A model generated the notes under the pieces. It worked only from the letters and a program-made list of their open reading frames with translations. It ran no database searches and was not told the origin of the DNA. Positions 6,529-8,593 of a DNA stretch of 8,593 nt are shown in pieces. The stretch comes from a virus. Lineage: Duplodnaviria; Heunggongvirae; Uroviricota; Caudoviricetes. Both the position numbers and the translations under genes were made by a program. Where the stretch lies: the IMG/VR virus record IMGVR_UViG_2713896777_000020; one strand, written 5' to 3'. The first letter of the stretch is position 1. Every line of letters starts with the position of its first letter.

Positions 6529-7051
6529 ACGAACCCCTGGCAGACATTTGTTTATCTGCAAAGTAATATTGGTATTGCTGACGATACGCGTGCTTGAAAG
6601 CAATAGCTTTTTCTATAAGCTCGTCAGTCTCACGTTCCACAACAACTGGATCCGCAAAAAGCAGCCCGGACTCCACCACATCGCCATATTCTTTGTTTAA
6701 CCCGGCGATCATGTACGTAATGCTTTTTCCGTCAGTAATTTCACAATACAATCTGAAATCGCTGATCCGGATAGCCTCCATAATTGCCGGAATCAGCGCC
6801 GTGAATTTGTCACGCTTATCTCTGGTGTCGATAGCTTTCCAGCGTTCGAATATCTTCACCCGGTTAACGCCCAGCGCCCGTTGATCAACCTCGCCATCAT
6901 TAAACGTGACGCGTTGAACATCGATGTTCGGGCGTTCTTTCAGAGCCCAGAATGCTTCCGTGATTAATATCGTCGCCTGCTCCTGTGTCATTCCTGGTCG
7001 GCATACACAGGTATCCAGAGCCTCACAAACCTGTTCAGTGGTGATTTTCAT
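6500..7051 (-). CDS. hypothetical early protein (183 aa), in the cII position after the cro-like gene
   Basis: Track ORF; ATG at 7051 overlaps the dicC stop by 17 nt. No family recognised. Confidence 0.6.
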   Translation of the reverse strand: MKITTEQVCEALDTCVCRPGMTQEQATILITEAFWALKERPNIDVQRVTFNDGEVDQRALGVNRVKIFERWKAIDTRDKRDKFTALIPAIMEAIRISDFRLYCEITDGKSITYMIAGLNKEYGDVVESGLLFADPVVVERETDELIEKAIAFKHAYRQQYQYYFADKQMSARGSYEYRCTTMG

Positions 7052-7262
7052 TGTTCAACCGCCCCGCCCGCTTTGCCTTACGATATTCGTCATAAACTTT
7101 GGGGTCGTACTGAAGTTCCCCGCCGGATGCCTCTTGCAGGCGCATCGCGCGACCTTCAGGAACCAGTTCCCCCCATGCAGCAACGCTTGCCAGCCTAACT
7201 CCTGCGACATTGGCAAGCTTTGTTTTGCTGCCAAAAAACGCTATAGCATCAATTTTCAACAT
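7035..7262 (-). CDS. dicC: DicC-like Cro-type regulator
   Basis: Track ORF, 75 aa. MLKIDAIAFFGSKTKLA...PEGRAMRLQEASGGELQYDPKVYDEYRK matches remembered DicC. Divergent from dicA. AAGGGG before the ATG. Confidence 0.85.
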   Translation of the reverse strand: MLKIDAIAFFGSKTKLANVAGVRLASVAAWGELVPEGRAMRLQEASGGELQYDPKVYDEYRKAKRAGRLNNENHH

Positions 7263-7338
7263 ATCGAACCCCTTAGATTTTCCTAAGGAAACTAGATCGT
7301 AGAGAAACCTAAGTCAAGAAAAATTAGAATTACCTAAT
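7263..7338. promoter_or_regulatory. divergent dicC/dicA promoter-operator region
   Basis: 76-bp intergenic region. Inverted CCTTAG-n6-CTAAGG at 7271-7288 and CCTAAG at 7308-7313. Minus-strand TTGACT (-35, plus 7312-7317) and weak -10. Plus-strand TAGAAT at 7325-7330, 8 nt before the dicA ATG, with no Shine-Dalgarno. Confidence 0.5.
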
Positions 7339-7746
7339 ATGAAAAACGAAACCTTCGGTGCTCGCCTCTTATACAGGCGAAAAAAATTAAAACTGTCTCA
7401 GGCCGCATTAGGTAAGCTGGTCAAAGTGGCTCACGTAACAATTTCTCAATGGGAAAGAGATGAAACACAGCCAGCGGGGAAGAGATTATTCGCACTGAGC
7501 CAGGCGCTTCAGTGCTCGCCGACTTGGCTTCTTTTTGGAGATGAAGATAAGCAACCAGGCGAACCGATCCCAGATAATCAGCCAGTCAATCTGACAGAAG
7601 ATCAAAAAGAGTTGCTTCAACTGTTCGACGCACTGCCTGAGTCAGAGCAAAAGGCTCTGTTGTCAGAGATGCGTGCTCGAGTTGAGAATTTCAACAAACT
7701 TTTTGAAGAACTACTCAAAGCTCGCAAAAGAAGCGCAAATAAATAA
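7339..7746 (+). CDS. dicA: DicA-like HTH (XRE-family) repressor, the cI analogue
   Basis: Track ORF, 135 aa. HVTISQWER, LFALSQALQCSPTWLLFGDEDKQP and NFNKLFEELLKARKR match remembered E. coli DicA. Confidence 0.9.
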   Translation: MKNETFGARLLYRRKKLKLSQAALGKLVKVAHVTISQWERDETQPAGKRLFALSQALQCSPTWLLFGDEDKQPGEPIPDNQPVNLTEDQKELLQLFDALPESEQKALLSEMRARVENFNKLFEELLKARKRSANK

Positions 7747-7844
7747 CCCCCCTTTTTTTCGCAACTCTCTGTAATAAAAAGCACAAACTTTCAAATACTT
7801 GTGTTTTTTACATCAAGAAGCTTAGGTTTTTCTACACAAAAAGC

Positions 7845-7874
7845 TTGACCATAACTCTTAGGCTATTCTAAATT
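7845..7874 (+). promoter_or_regulatory. candidate early-left (P_L-like) promoter downstream of dicA
   Basis: TTGACC at 7845-7850, then TAAATT at 7869-7874 after an 18-bp spacer. CTTAGG at 7821-7826 and 7857-7862, the same hexamer as in the dicA/dicC intergenic region. Weak. Confidence 0.3.
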
Positions 7875-8088
7875 CTACTCATCAAGACACCGCACGGTGT
7901 TCTCAGCAAACAGTTCCGCTACCCGGCGTTAAGGGGAAGCAGAGGATTTCTCAGTGGGCGAAGTCAAACATCAGAATGGAAGGCGTCCAGGGATCAGCAA
8001 AGAAACAGCGATGGCGCTTTATATTGATATCAGCGCCATTGCCGGACAGGTAAGAGTTATCAGAGCGGTAACTAAGCGGTATGCGCCT

Positions 8089-8289
8089 TTACTTCAGAAA
8101 GTCTCTGGTGAGTGCACCGAAGATATTGTCAACGATTTCGTCATCGAACTGCGAGGACTCATCTTCAGTTACAAGGTGACCACAATTTTTGCAGATGGCT
8201 CCCGCGAAACTGTCAGAGCCATGCGGTTTAAAGGATGTGTCAAAGACTTCGCCACCACATTCTGGGCAAGAAAACTTGATTGTATTCAT
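8089..8289 (-). CDS. small zinc-ribbon protein (66 aa)
   Basis: Track ORF 8089..8295; likely start is the ATG at 8289-8287 with AGAGGA 8 nt upstream. Contains CPECG and CKNCG 20 residues apart, and an acidic tail. Competes with plus ORF 7954..8310. Confidence 0.5.
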   Translation of the reverse strand: MNTIKFSCPECGGEVFDTSFKPHGSDSFAGAICKNCGHLVTEDESSQFDDEIVDNIFGALTRDFLK

Positions 8290-8382
8290 AACCAATTTCC
8301 TCTCGAGTAACAGACCCCTCAGAGGATACCACCTCGCCTGACGTGGTTAAAAGCAGGCAGCGCTAACCACAAGGAGCCGACA

Positions 8383-8593
8383 TGCAGAAACGAGAACCCG
8401 TCATCATCGCGCCAGACTATACCGATGATGAACTTTATGAGTGGATGCACCAGAAAATTAAGGCAGCGCAGGACCTGAAATGGGCCAATGAAGCCAGGGC
8501 TAAGCAGGCTGAAAATCTGTCCGCTCTGGAGCAGGATATCACCAATCTGGAAAAAGCAGCGGCATTAAGCATTGCCAGAATGATTACATACCC
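8383..8593 (+). CDS. hypothetical protein, 5' partial; runs off window end
   Basis: Manual translation: ATG at 8383 with AAGGAG 5 nt upstream; MQKREPVIIAPDYTDDELYEWMHQKIKAAQDLKWANEARAKQAENLSALEQDITNLEKAAALSIARMITY with no stop before the window end. Confidence 0.55.

Noticed and set aside
5168-6700. Plus ORFs 5168..5578, 5262..5612, 5323..5565, 5698..5901, 5898..6131, 5936..6169, 6236..6700 and 6297..6503
   Set aside because: Antisense to the P-like and O-like genes; several arise from the iteron repeats read on the other strand.
6594-7286. Plus ORFs 6594..6884 and 6924..7286
   Set aside because: Antisense to the 183-aa gene and to dicC, both of which have better support.
7744-7762. C6-T7 tract right after the dicA stop as a terminator
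   Set aside because: No GC-rich stem could be found upstream of the T-run, so it cannot be called an intrinsic terminator.
1-8593. tRNA, rRNA, CRISPR array, IS element or integrase
   Set aside because: No T-loop-like GGTTCGANTCC context in a cloverleaf-sized unit, no regularly spaced direct repeats with spacers, no terminal inverted repeats flanking a transposase-like ORF, and no integrase-like ORF. The DicF sRNA expected downstream of dicA in Qin was not recognisable and may lie beyond the window.

Overview
Draft-scaffold fragment (two N-runs: 984-1033 and 2188-2266) of a lambdoid, Qin-like prophage early region from an Enterobacteriaceae genome. Almost all genes lie on the minus strand, in lambda-like order: cro-like dicC (7035-7262), an unknown 183-aa protein, an O-like replication initiator with iteron-like repeats inside it, a P-like helicase loader, a ren-position winged-helix protein, about 1 kb with no convincing gene, an AT-rich moron encoding a secreted ModA-like binding protein, a gap-interrupted hok-family toxin gene, two small proteins, and a NinG/YdfU-like protein with an HNH-like Cys/His motif that runs off the left edge. 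The cI-like repressor dicA (7339-7746) is divergent on the plus strand with a compact promoter/operator region. Everything is read by eye from the sequence and the ORF track, with homologies from remembered family sequences; no search was run. The track omits ORFs that run off the window edge, so two partial genes were recovered by manual translation. The most interesting candidates are the orphan secreted binding-protein moron, the hok gene lacking relBE, two long perfect palindromes, the ori-like iterons, and the duplicated ydfU-like segment flanking a scaffold gap. No CRISPR, tRNA, rRNA or IS element was recognised.
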